Positions 20,106-30,314 of a stretch of 64,000 nt of DNA are shown here, piece by piece. The position numbers and the translations under genes are program-made. The stretch's first letter is position 1. The number at the start of each line of letters is the position of its first letter. Below the pieces are notes generated by a model. That model made no database searches and had not been told where the DNA came from. It was given only the letters and a program-made list of their open reading frames with translations. The DNA is from Thermoplasmatota archaeon (lineage in GTDB: Archaea > Thermoplasmatota > E2 > DHVEG-1), in assembly GCA_029939595.1 (NCBI GenBank), contig JAOZSQ010000004.1:1872-65871 (forward strand), written 5' to 3'.

Positions 20106-20741
20106 TTAACCATCAATATTTTCTATTTCAGCAACTACTCGACAGGGAGAGCCATCAGCATTGGCGATATTTAATGGAAAAATATAACACTTAAACCGCT
20201 TCTGATGAATTTGCTCCAAATTAGTTAGTTGTTCCACAATTCTAATATTATGAGAAAACAGTAGTTTATGAATCAGATATGGCTCATTATCCGGGGTGAA
20301 TGAGTCAATACCTAGAATCGAAATATTTTTCTTAATTAATTTTTGAATAGTACTTTCAGAAATCACAGGATAATTATCAAAATAATCTTTTTCATAAATA
20401 TGCTTACTATGCCCTGTGAAAAAGAAGACTATATCTCCTGATTTAACTTCACTAACATCAACATCGATTATGGGTTGATTGCAAACATCAAAAAGAATGG
20501 TTTCACCAATATATGAATCAATTAGATAATCTGAAAGTGTTTTTCCAGATTCAATCATATGTTTTGGAGCATCAATGTGGGTGGAAAAATGTGATGTAAA
20601 ATTTAGCAGTTTTTCATTCCATCCATCAGCATCAATCGTTGCAAATTGACTAATTTTAGGTACAGGGCTACCAGGAAATACGGGTATGCGGCTGTCAATT
20701 GGAAGGGTTAAATCAATAAACATACCCAAACAAACAATCAT
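20106..20741 (-). CDS. Cyclase family metal-dependent hydrolase (kynurenine formamidase-like)
   Basis: HFSTHIDAPKH, LGIDS, EQLTNL, DGSPCRVVA. Confidence 0.85.
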   Translation of the reverse strand: MIVCLGMFIDLTLPIDSRIPVFPGSPVPKISQFATIDADGWNEKLLNFTSHFSTHIDAPKHMIESGKTLSDYLIDSYIGETILFDVCNQPIIDVDVSEVKSGDIVFFFTGHSKHIYEKDYFDNYPVISESTIQKLIKKNISILGIDSFTPDNEPYLIHKLLFSHNIRIVEQLTNLEQIHQKRFKCYIFPLNIANADGSPCRVVAEIENIDG

Positions 20742-20890
20742 TAACTTTTAAAGAATATGCTAAAAAACGAGTAAAATGGCTAAATCAAACAATGAAAAGA
20801 TTAAATTATAAATAGTGAATAATAATTGCCAATATACAATATAAATATCATTATTTATCATTCAACAAATAGAAGGAGAATTGAATAATT

Positions 20891-22237
20891 ATGAGAAAAA
20901 CAATGATAGTTACTATTGTATCAATCATATTCTTATTATCACTTGAAATTATTGGAACCATACCCTTAGGGTCCTCATCAGCAAAAGACCCTATAGAAAA
21001 TGATCAAAATATCATATTTATTGAACCAACCCAATTACACCATAATGAAAAAATGGATTATGGCTTAATTATGGCCGGAGCCGCTGCTAATCAAATAACT
21101 CCAGATCTATCTACTCAATCGCCAATTTTTATTGGCGGATTTGGAAGAAATAGGGTAGCAACAGGAATTCATGATGATATCTGGAGTCGATGTTGTGTTG
21201 TTCAAATCGGAAACACAACCATTGCATTCATATCTGTTGATTTAATTGGTGTTATGTATCCAGAATACCAACGAATAATGTCATATCTTGATGAAAACAC
21301 CTCAATTGATCTAGTGGTTCTTACCAGTACACATAATCATGAAGGACCTGATGTTATTGGCCTTTGGGGAAAAGCAATCTGGTCAGGGATCAGTTGGGAT
21401 TGGTATGATGGAGCATTATCAATTATTGCTGATACTATAAAAGAAGCATATGAAAATATGAAACCTGCTGGAATTAAACTAGCTCATGCTATTGCTCTGG
21501 GCATGTCTAGAGATAGTAGAGAACCAATTATCATGGAAGAACAAGTGGAAACTATCCAACTGGTTGATTATGATGAACAAGTAATTGCCACTATGGTATG
21601 TTATGCTAGTCATCCTGAGGTTCTTTGGGATGAAAACACATTGATAAGCTCAGATTTTCCCCATTATATTTTTGAACACATTGAGGAAACAATAGGTGGA
21701 ACTACACTTTTTATCCAAGGGTCAATAGGTGGATTAATCACACCTAGAACACAGAATCATAGCTATGAAAGTGCAAAAGATTTTGGGGAGTCCATTGCAG
21801 ATATTTCAATTAATTCTTTATATAATTCATCTATTATTTGGGAAACACATGTTCGTTTAGAAACTAAAGAAATTTTCGTTCCAATGACTAATCCAGTGTT
21901 TAGAATCGCTTCAATTCTTAATATCTTAGACCGACCATTATATAATTTCAGAAAGGACCTAAAAACCTCAGTAAATATCATTGAATTAGGGGAAGATGCA
22001 TCACTATTACAGATAGTAACCGTTCCAGGTGAAGATTTTCCAGAAAACTGGTTTGAGCTTAAAGAAAAAATGCATGCAAAACATCGGATTCATATTGGTC
22101 TAGCAACTGATGAACTTGGTTACATTGTCCCAATTGAAGATTACAACCCAAAAGATTATGAAGAAAGCATGAGCGCATCAAAATATTTAGATCCACTTAT
22201 ACATCAAACACTAGAAAATATGTTGACATTATTTTAA
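20891..22237 (+). CDS. Exported neutral/alkaline ceramidase-like hydrolase
   Basis: GIHDDI.SR, STHNHEGPD, YASHPE, SSDFP, PGE, ELGYI...YEE; signal peptide. Confidence 0.7.
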   Translation: MRKTMIVTIVSIIFLLSLEIIGTIPLGSSSAKDPIENDQNIIFIEPTQLHHNEKMDYGLIMAGAAANQITPDLSTQSPIFIGGFGRNRVATGIHDDIWSRCCVVQIGNTTIAFISVDLIGVMYPEYQRIMSYLDENTSIDLVVLTSTHNHEGPDVIGLWGKAIWSGISWDWYDGALSIIADTIKEAYENMKPAGIKLAHAIALGMSRDSREPIIMEEQVETIQLVDYDEQVIATMVCYASHPEVLWDENTLISSDFPHYIFEHIEETIGGTTLFIQGSIGGLITPRTQNHSYESAKDFGESIADISINSLYNSSIIWETHVRLETKEIFVPMTNPVFRIASILNILDRPLYNFRKDLKTSVNIIELGEDASLLQIVTVPGEDFPENWFELKEKMHAKHRIHIGLATDELGYIVPIEDYNPKDYEESMSASKYLDPLIHQTLENMLTLF

Positions 22238-22387
22238 ATAATTATTAAAGACATTTATAAACCTTCATAAACTGAATATATTAGGTCTATGAAATTATTT
22301 AAGATAAAAACATTATTTCAATCACATCAACATTTATAACGGTAAAAGGAATCAAAAGAAAATAAATCTTTTTGAAAGTGATATAAA

Positions 22388-22837
22388 ATGCAAAAAACAA
22401 TTTATGAAGAGACATTAAAAATAGGTCTTGTTTTAAACATTATTTTTATCTTCACCTCATGTGCAATTTTAATTCCAACCATATATTCTTTATATTTAGG
22501 GGAAATAATTGCTACTTTAATATTGTTAATATCTTTGGTTTTCACTCTAATTATTATTTATGCGGTTTTACCAAAAAAATATCAGATCTATAATGATAAA
22601 ATAAAAATTGTTTGTGGATTATTTAGTATAAAAATTCCTTTTGATAATATTGAATATATTGATATTCATCCATCATCAAACATATATGCAAGCCTTGATG
22701 CTCTTCGTTTTGGAACTGGAACAGGACAAAAATGTGTGATGATTAAAAGAAAACATGGAATGAATGTTTTAATACAACCTATGAACACTGAAAGATTTAT
22801 GGAAATCATTAACAAGAAAATTAAAAATACTGATTGA
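22388..22837 (+). CDS. 2-TM protein with bacterial PH-like domain
   Basis: Two TM helices followed by IPFDNI.YI and VLIQP.N.ERF. Confidence 0.6.
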   Translation: MQKTIYEETLKIGLVLNIIFIFTSCAILIPTIYSLYLGEIIATLILLISLVFTLIIIYAVLPKKYQIYNDKIKIVCGLFSIKIPFDNIEYIDIHPSSNIYASLDALRFGTGTGQKCVMIKRKHGMNVLIQPMNTERFMEIINKKIKNTD

Positions 22838-22852
22838 TAATTACCAATAAAC

Positions 22853-23422
22853 ATGTATCTATTTTTTGACACTGAAACAACTGGACTGCCTAATAATTGG
22901 AAAGCACCTGTAACCGATCTAAATAATTGGCCAAGAATGATTCAAATTGCCTGGATCTTATGTGATGACGAAGGAAATCGTATTGAATCAGATGATTTTA
23001 TTATAAAACCTGAAAACTTTGAAATTCCAAAAGATGCATCAGCAATTCATGGTATATCTACTGAAAAAGCAATTGAAGAGGGTGTAGATCTTAAACAGGT
23101 TTTAGATAAGTTTGTTGAATTAGTTGAAAAATCTGAGTGCGTTGTTGCTCATAATATTAGTTTTGACGAAAAAATTCTTGGTGCAGAACTGTTAAGAAAA
23201 GAAGTTAAAAGCACCTTTAATAAAAAAAGAAAACTATGCACAATGAAATCATCAACTGACTATTGCAGAATCCCAGGATATTATGGATATAAATGGCCGA
23301 AACTTTCTGAATTACATATTAAATTGTTTGGTGAGGATTTTGATGAAGCCCATGATGCATCAGTAGATATCAATGCAACAGAAAAATGTTTTTGGGAAAT
23401 GAAAAAAATAGGGATAATATAA
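22853..23422 (+). CDS. DEDDh 3'-5' exonuclease (DnaQ-like)
   Basis: FDTETTG, AHNISFD, AHDASVD. Confidence 0.9.
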   Translation: MYLFFDTETTGLPNNWKAPVTDLNNWPRMIQIAWILCDDEGNRIESDDFIIKPENFEIPKDASAIHGISTEKAIEEGVDLKQVLDKFVELVEKSECVVAHNISFDEKILGAELLRKEVKSTFNKKRKLCTMKSSTDYCRIPGYYGYKWPKLSELHIKLFGEDFDEAHDASVDINATEKCFWEMKKIGII

Positions 23423-23477
23423 GATATACAGCTTCAATATGAATCATATAAATTCTTTTAACAAAGGAAGATAGAAA

Positions 23478-24257
23478 ATGAATTTAAAAAACATTGATTT
23501 CTATTACTTTTCTGGAACAGGTAATACATTTCTTATTGTTAAAAAGATGAAGCAAGCATTTGAAAAAAATGATATTAAAGTTAATCTTTATCGATTGGAA
23601 AAAACAAAACCCAAAGACGTTGATTTGAATAACACAATTGGTCTTGGATTCCCAGTTGCAGAACAAGGAACATACCCTTTTGTATGGGATTTTGTAAAAT
23701 CACTTCCATCTGCAAAAGGCACAGATATATTTCTAGTGGATACATTGCTTGCATATTCTGGAGGTATAGTTGGCCCAATGAAACAGATTGTAAAAAGGAA
23801 AGGATATAATCCAATTGGGGCAAAAGAAATATTAATGCCAAATAATCTTTTTCCAAAAAGAATAGACATTGAAAAGAAAAAAAGAAAAATCCTCAAAGGC
23901 CAAGAGAAAGCATCGCAATATGCAGAAGATATCATCAATGGAAAATCACGATGGAAACATATCCCTCCTTTTTCTGATTTATTGGCAATATTTTCAAAAA
24001 GCCAAAAAACTTGGAAATTTTTTAGGTGGTATTATCCACTGACAATAGATAAAACAAAATGTAATAAATGTGGATTATGTAGTAAAATATGTCCTATAAA
24101 TAATATTGAGATGAATGAATATCCAAAATTAAAGAATGGATGTACGATTTGCATGAGATGCATTTCTTTTTGCCCAAAAAATGCAATACATGTTCCAAAG
24201 AAGAAATATATTAGATATACTGCCCTTAAGATACATGAGTTACTGGATTCATCATGA
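23478..24257 (+). CDS. EFR1-family flavodoxin-ferredoxin fusion
   Basis: YFSGTGNT flavodoxin start; CNKCGLCSKICP and CTICMRCISFCP 4Fe-4S motifs. Confidence 0.85.
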   Translation: MNLKNIDFYYFSGTGNTFLIVKKMKQAFEKNDIKVNLYRLEKTKPKDVDLNNTIGLGFPVAEQGTYPFVWDFVKSLPSAKGTDIFLVDTLLAYSGGIVGPMKQIVKRKGYNPIGAKEILMPNNLFPKRIDIEKKKRKILKGQEKASQYAEDIINGKSRWKHIPPFSDLLAIFSKSQKTWKFFRWYYPLTIDKTKCNKCGLCSKICPINNIEMNEYPKLKNGCTICMRCISFCPKNAIHVPKKKYIRYTALKIHELLDSS

Positions 24258-24321
24258 TCATCTAATCTATTTATTATCAAAATTTTTATTAGACTAGATT
24301 GTTTAGGAAAAAATAATAAAC

Positions 24322-25197
24322 ATGCTTAAAGAAATTATTGCAAAAACAATATTGCATTATCATAAACGTCAATTTGCAACAAATTGGGATGCAAATATAT
24401 ATCGTGGTTGTGGACATAATTGCAGATATTGCTTTGCTCAGTATTCACATAAATATTTAGAAAATACTGATTTCTTCAATGATATATTTGTAAAAACAAA
24501 TTCTCCTGAATTATTATACAAGGAGTTAGGGGAAATAAAATGGGATAAATCTCCTGTTAATGTCTGTGGAATATCGGATTGTTATCAACCCGTAGAACAG
24601 GTTTGTAAAATCATGCCAAGGGTTATAAAATCCTTTATTGCAAAGAGAAATCCTTTGGTCATTACCACAAAATCATCTTTACTTCTTCGTGACATAGATT
24701 TAATAAAAGAACTACTCAAAGTTGCAGAGGTTTCAATAATTGTTTCCGTATCAACTTTGGATGAAGAAAAAAGAAAATTGGTTGAACCAAATACTGCTCC
24801 AACAATTGACCGATTGAAAATATTAAAGAAATTTAACGAAATAGGATGTAAAACATCTGTATTGTTTGTACCAATCATTCCATTTATTTCAGATGATTAT
24901 GAAAACCTTGATGCAATATTTAGAATTACAAAAGAATTTAATCTTGGTTCTATAAATGCCTGGCCATTACATTTACGAGGTAATACTAAAAACGTTTTTT
25001 TTGATTTTTTACAAAATAATTATTTAGAATTATTGCCAAAATTCAAAAAACTATATCAAACAAAAAACGCATCAAAAGAGTACTGTAAAGATCTTTTTTC
25101 TAGAATTGAAGAATTGAAAGTGAAATATCAACTATATTCTACATATAAGCCTACAAAACCAATAAAAAAACCAATTCAAACATCATTGTTTGATTAA
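24322..25197 (+). CDS. SplB/Rv2578c-like radical SAM protein (putative DNA repair)
   Basis: NIYRGCGHNCRYCFA, SDCYQP.E, ITTKS, EP.TAP...RL. Confidence 0.85.
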   Translation: MLKEIIAKTILHYHKRQFATNWDANIYRGCGHNCRYCFAQYSHKYLENTDFFNDIFVKTNSPELLYKELGEIKWDKSPVNVCGISDCYQPVEQVCKIMPRVIKSFIAKRNPLVITTKSSLLLRDIDLIKELLKVAEVSIIVSVSTLDEEKRKLVEPNTAPTIDRLKILKKFNEIGCKTSVLFVPIIPFISDDYENLDAIFRITKEFNLGSINAWPLHLRGNTKNVFFDFLQNNYLELLPKFKKLYQTKNASKEYCKDLFSRIEELKVKYQLYSTYKPTKPIKKPIQTSLFD

Positions 25198-25395
25198 TAA
25201 AATAGGGGATAATTCTGAAAGCAATTTACCCATCAAAATAAAACAAATCTTTAAATTAACTGACAGATTCAATTCTTATAAGATTGAATAGACATTCAAA
25301 AATATATTTTTACGTTAGTATCTGGAGATCACGATGAAAAAAATAAAAACAAACTTTATTCACATCATATATATAGAAAAAATAAGAGACAAGCT

Positions 25396-25791
25396 TTGAT
25401 AGTAATGATATGTATAGTTATTATTGGATCTTTATCGATAATTTTTGGTATTAATGGTTTATTAAGATATAGTTCAATAATTATGCCTATACTGGGAATA
25501 ACATTTGGTATTATTAGCTGGATATTTTCTTATATTGGTTTTTCAAGAGAATTAATTGTTTTTGAAGATAGAATCGTTATACCTACTGAATTTAGACGTA
25601 AGTTCATTCCCCTTTCTGAAATAATTGAGATTAGACTCAATACAAGTTCCAAAGAGGATAACAATGAGATAGATATATGTTTAGAAAATGGTGAAATTGA
25701 ACATTTATCAAAGAATAAGATAAAAGCGTGGGAAGAATTCAAAAATGTACTTATTAATGAACTAAAATCTAAAATAATTGTAAAATTATAG
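25396..25791 (+). CDS. 2-TM protein with PH-like domain
   Basis: Two TM helices then IPLSEI.EI; family uncertain. Confidence 0.5.
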   Translation: MIVMICIVIIGSLSIIFGINGLLRYSSIIMPILGITFGIISWIFSYIGFSRELIVFEDRIVIPTEFRRKFIPLSEIIEIRLNTSSKEDNNEIDICLENGEIEHLSKNKIKAWEEFKNVLINELKSKIIVKL

Positions 25792-25935
25792 TTTTTAATA
25801 AAAATCACACTTCTGATGCTAATATCAAATGAATCCTTTTCATTAACTGTGACCAAAGATTCATAAACAAATTAAATTTATTATAATCTATCCCTTTTGT
25901 AAAAGAAACTACCATTCAAATTCAGATAGAAAGAC

Positions 25936-26994
25936 TTAGGATAAGGGATGTTTATTAAAAAAATCCCAGATAAGGTCATTAGCATCTATCTGATATGTTG
26001 GAGATTTAAACCATTCATGGCCACCTTCCATATAAGTAACCAAAACCACCTCGGTATTATCGCTTTCATTAGTATAGGTCTTTATAGATATCTTTTCATC
26101 TTCTGATGTCCAAATATTTGGTTCGGGGTTGCATTTATTATGTTCTACCCAGAAAGAAATTGATTCATTAACTGAACCTATATAGACCCATAATTCATCA
26201 GATCTCCATTCAAATACTTTTTTCCAAGTACCATCAAATGGTACATGTTCATCCTTCATCCCATGAAAGATTATCACGGGTATGGGATTAGATGGAGGCG
26301 GAATGATATAGGGGATGATCGATTCATTTTTTTCGGGTACATAACCTATGCCACTGATTGAGCCGGCGATTGGAGCAATGGCCGCTATCCGATGAGATAG
26401 TTCAGATCCAAGTCGATACGCCATCATTCCTCCACCTGAAATTCCTGTAATATAAATTCGTGAGGAATTAACATTGACTATTGTTTCTAGATCATCTAAT
26501 AAGTCATTAATGAACCCTACATCATCAATAGAATTATCATCCCACCGATTCCATTCTCGTGATGAGGTCAACATATAGAAAAGATCTCTCAATAATGCTA
26601 TTGGGCGATTATAGTGAGCGCTAAGACGAAGCATCTCCCCATTTGGATATACCGTAATAAATCCCTCTTCATCTGCTTTTTTGTCCATATCACAGTAGCT
26701 TTGTAAATTTTTTGCGTTTGAACCAACACCGATTCCATGTAGCACTAACACAAGAGGCATAGATTCATCGTTTTCGTATGATGGTGGGATGTGAAGTCGG
26801 TATGATCGTATTCGTCCATCTACGTATATATAATTGACATAGTCTCCAGGTTTCATTGAGTCTTGACTGATATTCTCTTCTTGAATGTGGGAAAAATCTC
26901 CCGAAATCGTTATGATGCAGGTATTAAGTAATAAAAGAATTATGCTGATGGTTATCCCATTTCTCAATATGATTTTCATGTCATATACATCCAT
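25936..26994 (-). CDS. Exported PHB depolymerase/LpqC-like esterase
   Basis: LVLVLHG, DDVGFI..L, RIYITGISGGG, FHGMKD, GGHEW. Confidence 0.85.
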   Translation of the reverse strand: MDVYDMKIILRNGITISIILLLLNTCIITISGDFSHIQEENISQDSMKPGDYVNYIYVDGRIRSYRLHIPPSYENDESMPLVLVLHGIGVGSNAKNLQSYCDMDKKADEEGFITVYPNGEMLRLSAHYNRPIALLRDLFYMLTSSREWNRWDDNSIDDVGFINDLLDDLETIVNVNSSRIYITGISGGGMMAYRLGSELSHRIAAIAPIAGSISGIGYVPEKNESIIPYIIPPPSNPIPVIIFHGMKDEHVPFDGTWKKVFEWRSDELWVYIGSVNESISFWVEHNKCNPEPNIWTSEDEKISIKTYTNESDNTEVVLVTYMEGGHEWFKSPTYQIDANDLIWDFFNKHPLS

Positions 26995-27131
26995 TATAAT
27001 GGTCAGTCTTAAGCTTTGAGACTTTTCATTTTTAAAATATGTTGATTTTCCTTAAAAATATGTCACAATCAATCATATCTCATAAATATATTGTTGTTAT
27101 AATATTTAAAGCACTATGTTTTAATCAATAG

Positions 27132-27320
27132 GTCAATCTTGGAAATAAAAAGGAATTAAAATGTAATGAAAGATATTATGCATCATCTGAAATTACATGG
27201 CAATTAAAATTACTTGGATACAAAAAGATTGATATTTATGGTGTAAAACTAGGAGCTTTTTCAAGAGATGATAAACTTACAATCAAAGATTTTGAGATGC
27301 TAGTTATTGCTGAAAAGTAA
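27132..27320 (+). pseudogene. 3' remnant of a class I SAM-dependent methyltransferase-like gene
   Basis: Start-less frame VNLGNKKELKCNERYYASSEITWQLKLLGYKKIDIYGVKLGAFSRDDKLTIKDFEMLVIAEK*, preceded in frame by TAG (27129). It resembles C-termini of small methyltransferases (recognised from memory). Confidence 0.6.
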
Positions 27321-27469
27321 AGTAATGTAATTACACACATGTGTTGACTTATTAAATCATTAATTGCAAATATTAATTACATATTTTTTATAAAAATAAT
27401 AATGGACATCAGCCAACAGATAAATTTATATGATAAATCATGTGTTAAATTATTAATGAGGAGTTAATT

Positions 27470-28651
27470 GTGATACGAATAAACCGAAATATATTGAATG
27501 CAAGTATTTGTATTATTGTTGTTATCATATTATTTTCAGGTACACTTTCAGCATGTACAGGTTTTACTACTAGTAAAGGTGATGAAGTTTTTACAGGACA
27601 TAATAAAGACTGGTGGAGCACTGATACATATATCCATGTTTATCCATCTGATGAAGAAACACATGCAAGAATGTTTTTTGAAATACCATATCCTCATATT
27701 TTCAATAGTGAATATAAGGTCCTTGCGGGTGGAATAAATGATCAGGGACTTTTTTATGAGAGTTATGTTACACCTCTTCTTTTTGCGTCATTTGAATTCT
27801 TTAAACCACTATTATTTAAGAGTCCTGTTGAATATATTCTTGAGCATTTTTTCACTGTTCAAGAAGTCGTTGATTATATAGAATCACATAATCTTTTCTT
27901 TCTGAATTATATCCTATGTTCTGGACAAATTTTTGTAATAGATAAAACGGGTGATTCTGCAATTATTGAAGGGGATGAAATCATTAGAAAACAAGGTGAT
28001 TATCAGGTTTGTACGAATTTTTTACATAGTCGACCAGATCTAGGGGGATACCCTTGTTATAGATATGAAACAGCAACATCTATCCTTGATAATATTACTG
28101 ATCCTTCTGTTTCATCTCTTGTTTCCATTCTTAATGCAACACATCAAAAGGGGTATACTCAATATTCATCAATTTGTGATTTAAACAATTTAACCATGTA
28201 TCTATATCAATTTCACAATTATGAAAAAGGAATAAAAATTGATCTAAATACTGAATTTCAACAGGATGCTCATTCCTATTATTTTCCTTCTCTTTTTGAG
28301 CCAGAGACAAATCAAGCACCAGATAAACCAAATACTCCAATGGGCCCAACATCAGGTGTAATCGATGAACAGATTTTATTTGAGACAAATACAACAGACA
28401 TTGATAATCCATCAGACGAAATTTATTACAAATGGAATTTTGGTGATGACATGCAAACAAATTGGGTTCTTAATAATGAAAGATATATGGGAAAAATGAC
28501 ACATAGTTGGAGTAAATCCGGCTCATTTTCAGTAACAGTGAAAGCAAAAGACATCTATGGAAAAGAAAGCCCATGGTCAGATCCACTGGAAGTGAGCATA
28601 TCAAGATTTAATGATGATTTTTTTACTTCATTTTTACAATTGAGAAAATAA
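27470..28651 (+). CDS. Exported Ntn-hydrolase (C45/C59-like, Cys nucleophile) with PKD-like domain
   Basis: Signal peptide then CTGF...GHNKDW, GGINDQGL, CTNF, TQYSSICDL; WNFGD PKD-like module. Confidence 0.8.
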   Translation: MIRINRNILNASICIIVVIILFSGTLSACTGFTTSKGDEVFTGHNKDWWSTDTYIHVYPSDEETHARMFFEIPYPHIFNSEYKVLAGGINDQGLFYESYVTPLLFASFEFFKPLLFKSPVEYILEHFFTVQEVVDYIESHNLFFLNYILCSGQIFVIDKTGDSAIIEGDEIIRKQGDYQVCTNFLHSRPDLGGYPCYRYETATSILDNITDPSVSSLVSILNATHQKGYTQYSSICDLNNLTMYLYQFHNYEKGIKIDLNTEFQQDAHSYYFPSLFEPETNQAPDKPNTPMGPTSGVIDEQILFETNTTDIDNPSDEIYYKWNFGDDMQTNWVLNNERYMGKMTHSWSKSGSFSVTVKAKDIYGKESPWSDPLEVSISRFNDDFFTSFLQLRK

Positions 28652-28857
28652 ATAAAAATTTTTCATTATATTTGCTTAGAGAAAATAGGTGTTGTTAGAT
28701 ACCAAATACCTACAACACTAAACCGTTGATAGACACCAAATGTCCTCAAACGTGCTCTAAGTAATATATTCCTCTCTACTTTCTAATATTTAAATGCTGC
28801 ATGGTATTTTTTCAATATGTAAAACATCCAAGAAACAGTATGAATCTTCAGATGAAT

Positions 28858-30015
28858 CTATTCCTCAGATAAAACGGGTTCATTATCTGGAAAATCCCAA
28901 TCATTAAGTGGATCAATGTTCACAAGGAAAAAAAGCAGGACCGGAAGACTCTCTTTCATCCAGTATACCAGATTATTATGAGGGCCACCGCCAATATATC
29001 CTGGATCATATTTTTGTGAATAAACCTCAAAACAAAATGAAGGGACATGGAATTCTTTGAAAACCCAATGATGTACAATACCAAAACCATAAGGATTAAT
29101 ATAATCGGGGTCCAATACAGCATATTGTGTATTATTTTTTATCCAATTTAACGAAGATCTTAAGATATTTTTTTCATGTATTGAAATTTTATACTCTGGT
29201 TCATGTTCAATTTCATAAACTGGCAATATTGCATGCATTGCCGTATGACAATTCACATAAAATGATATCTTGTTGAGTGAATGCATGAAATCATAAAATG
29301 CAGCTGTTTCTGGTTCACAAAAAGGTTTTCTCCCACAGTTTGTGTATGTTTGATCTTTTCTTGGAAAATGTATATAGGGTATTTTTATAAAACCAAATAG
29401 TTTTCCAAGAGGGTAGTTATCTCCTCTAATCCTTCCAAAATGAACATCGAAGTTTCTGTTCAGATCAATTCCATTTTCGTTATATCGTTCATCGTTTTCT
29501 CTTCCATCAGGATTAAGAAGTGGGATTAGATAAATAACAGATGAGTTTAGTATATCATTAACTGAGTTGTTTTTTCCAAAATTTATGAGGAGATATTCAG
29601 CTAAATAGAGAACGATTTCACAAGCTTCCCATTCATTTCCGTGAATACATCCATCAATGACACAGTTATTTTTAATAGAATTATTATTCTCATTTGTTAT
29701 TTTCATACACCAGATATCTCTATTTTCTACACTTTTTCCAATGGAGAAAACATCAATTAAATCTGGGTATTCTTCATTATAATCATGTATAAATTGAGTT
29801 GTTTTTGTGTAATCATGGTATTGTCCATCTGTCCAGTTAGGAAGGATGAGTGGATTATCTAATGAGATCTTCTTAGGTTGTTGATTGTTTAATTCATCAC
29901 TTTTTGATTCTTTTTCTAGGCAACCAGATTGTATGCATTGAATGATGATTATAATGATTACAATAAGATGAAAAATCGATGATTTACTTCCTCCTTTTTG
30001 ATGTTTAATTGCCAT
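28858..30015 (-). CDS. Exported M14 zinc carboxypeptidase
   Basis: IHGNEW, NPDG, DLNRNF, NCHT, CFEV; signal/lipoprotein-like N-terminus. Confidence 0.85.
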   Translation of the reverse strand: MAIKHQKGGSKSSIFHLIVIIIIIIQCIQSGCLEKESKSDELNNQQPKKISLDNPLILPNWTDGQYHDYTKTTQFIHDYNEEYPDLIDVFSIGKSVENRDIWCMKITNENNNSIKNNCVIDGCIHGNEWEACEIVLYLAEYLLINFGKNNSVNDILNSSVIYLIPLLNPDGRENDERYNENGIDLNRNFDVHFGRIRGDNYPLGKLFGFIKIPYIHFPRKDQTYTNCGRKPFCEPETAAFYDFMHSLNKISFYVNCHTAMHAILPVYEIEHEPEYKISIHEKNILRSSLNWIKNNTQYAVLDPDYINPYGFGIVHHWVFKEFHVPSFCFEVYSQKYDPGYIGGGPHNNLVYWMKESLPVLLFFLVNIDPLNDWDFPDNEPVLSEE

Positions 30016-30314
30016 ATTAAACTTGATATATTAATTGCATTATTATATTAAAAACTATAGTTCTAATAGATTTGATTCTAGTTTCTAGAAATTACAAAAT
30101 TACCATTTTTTTATTTATTATCCCATGCCCATAACTCTGCTTAAAAGATACCCTGCAACCCAAATGCTAGATATCATTGAGCATACTATTAAAATCTCAA
30201 TTTTTTCCATTTGAAGCTCACCTCCTGACTTCTATTAATTATTATCAAATAATACTTTATAAACTATTTGGAAACAATTGTTTTATTAACAGATGTTTAA
30301 TGAATATTTTGTTC

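Noticed and set aside
25267-25289. Near-perfect palindrome ATTCAATTCTTATAAGATTGAAT
   Set aside because: AT-rich and single-copy; it could be an operator or terminator but has no supporting second site.
22388-25791. Integron-like cassette array (short co-directional accessory genes; ATCTAATCTA/TAGACTAGAT inverted repeat at about 24260-24300)
   Set aside because: The spacers are too short or lack R''/L''/L'/R' attC organisation, the repeat is not shared between junctions, and there is no integrase.
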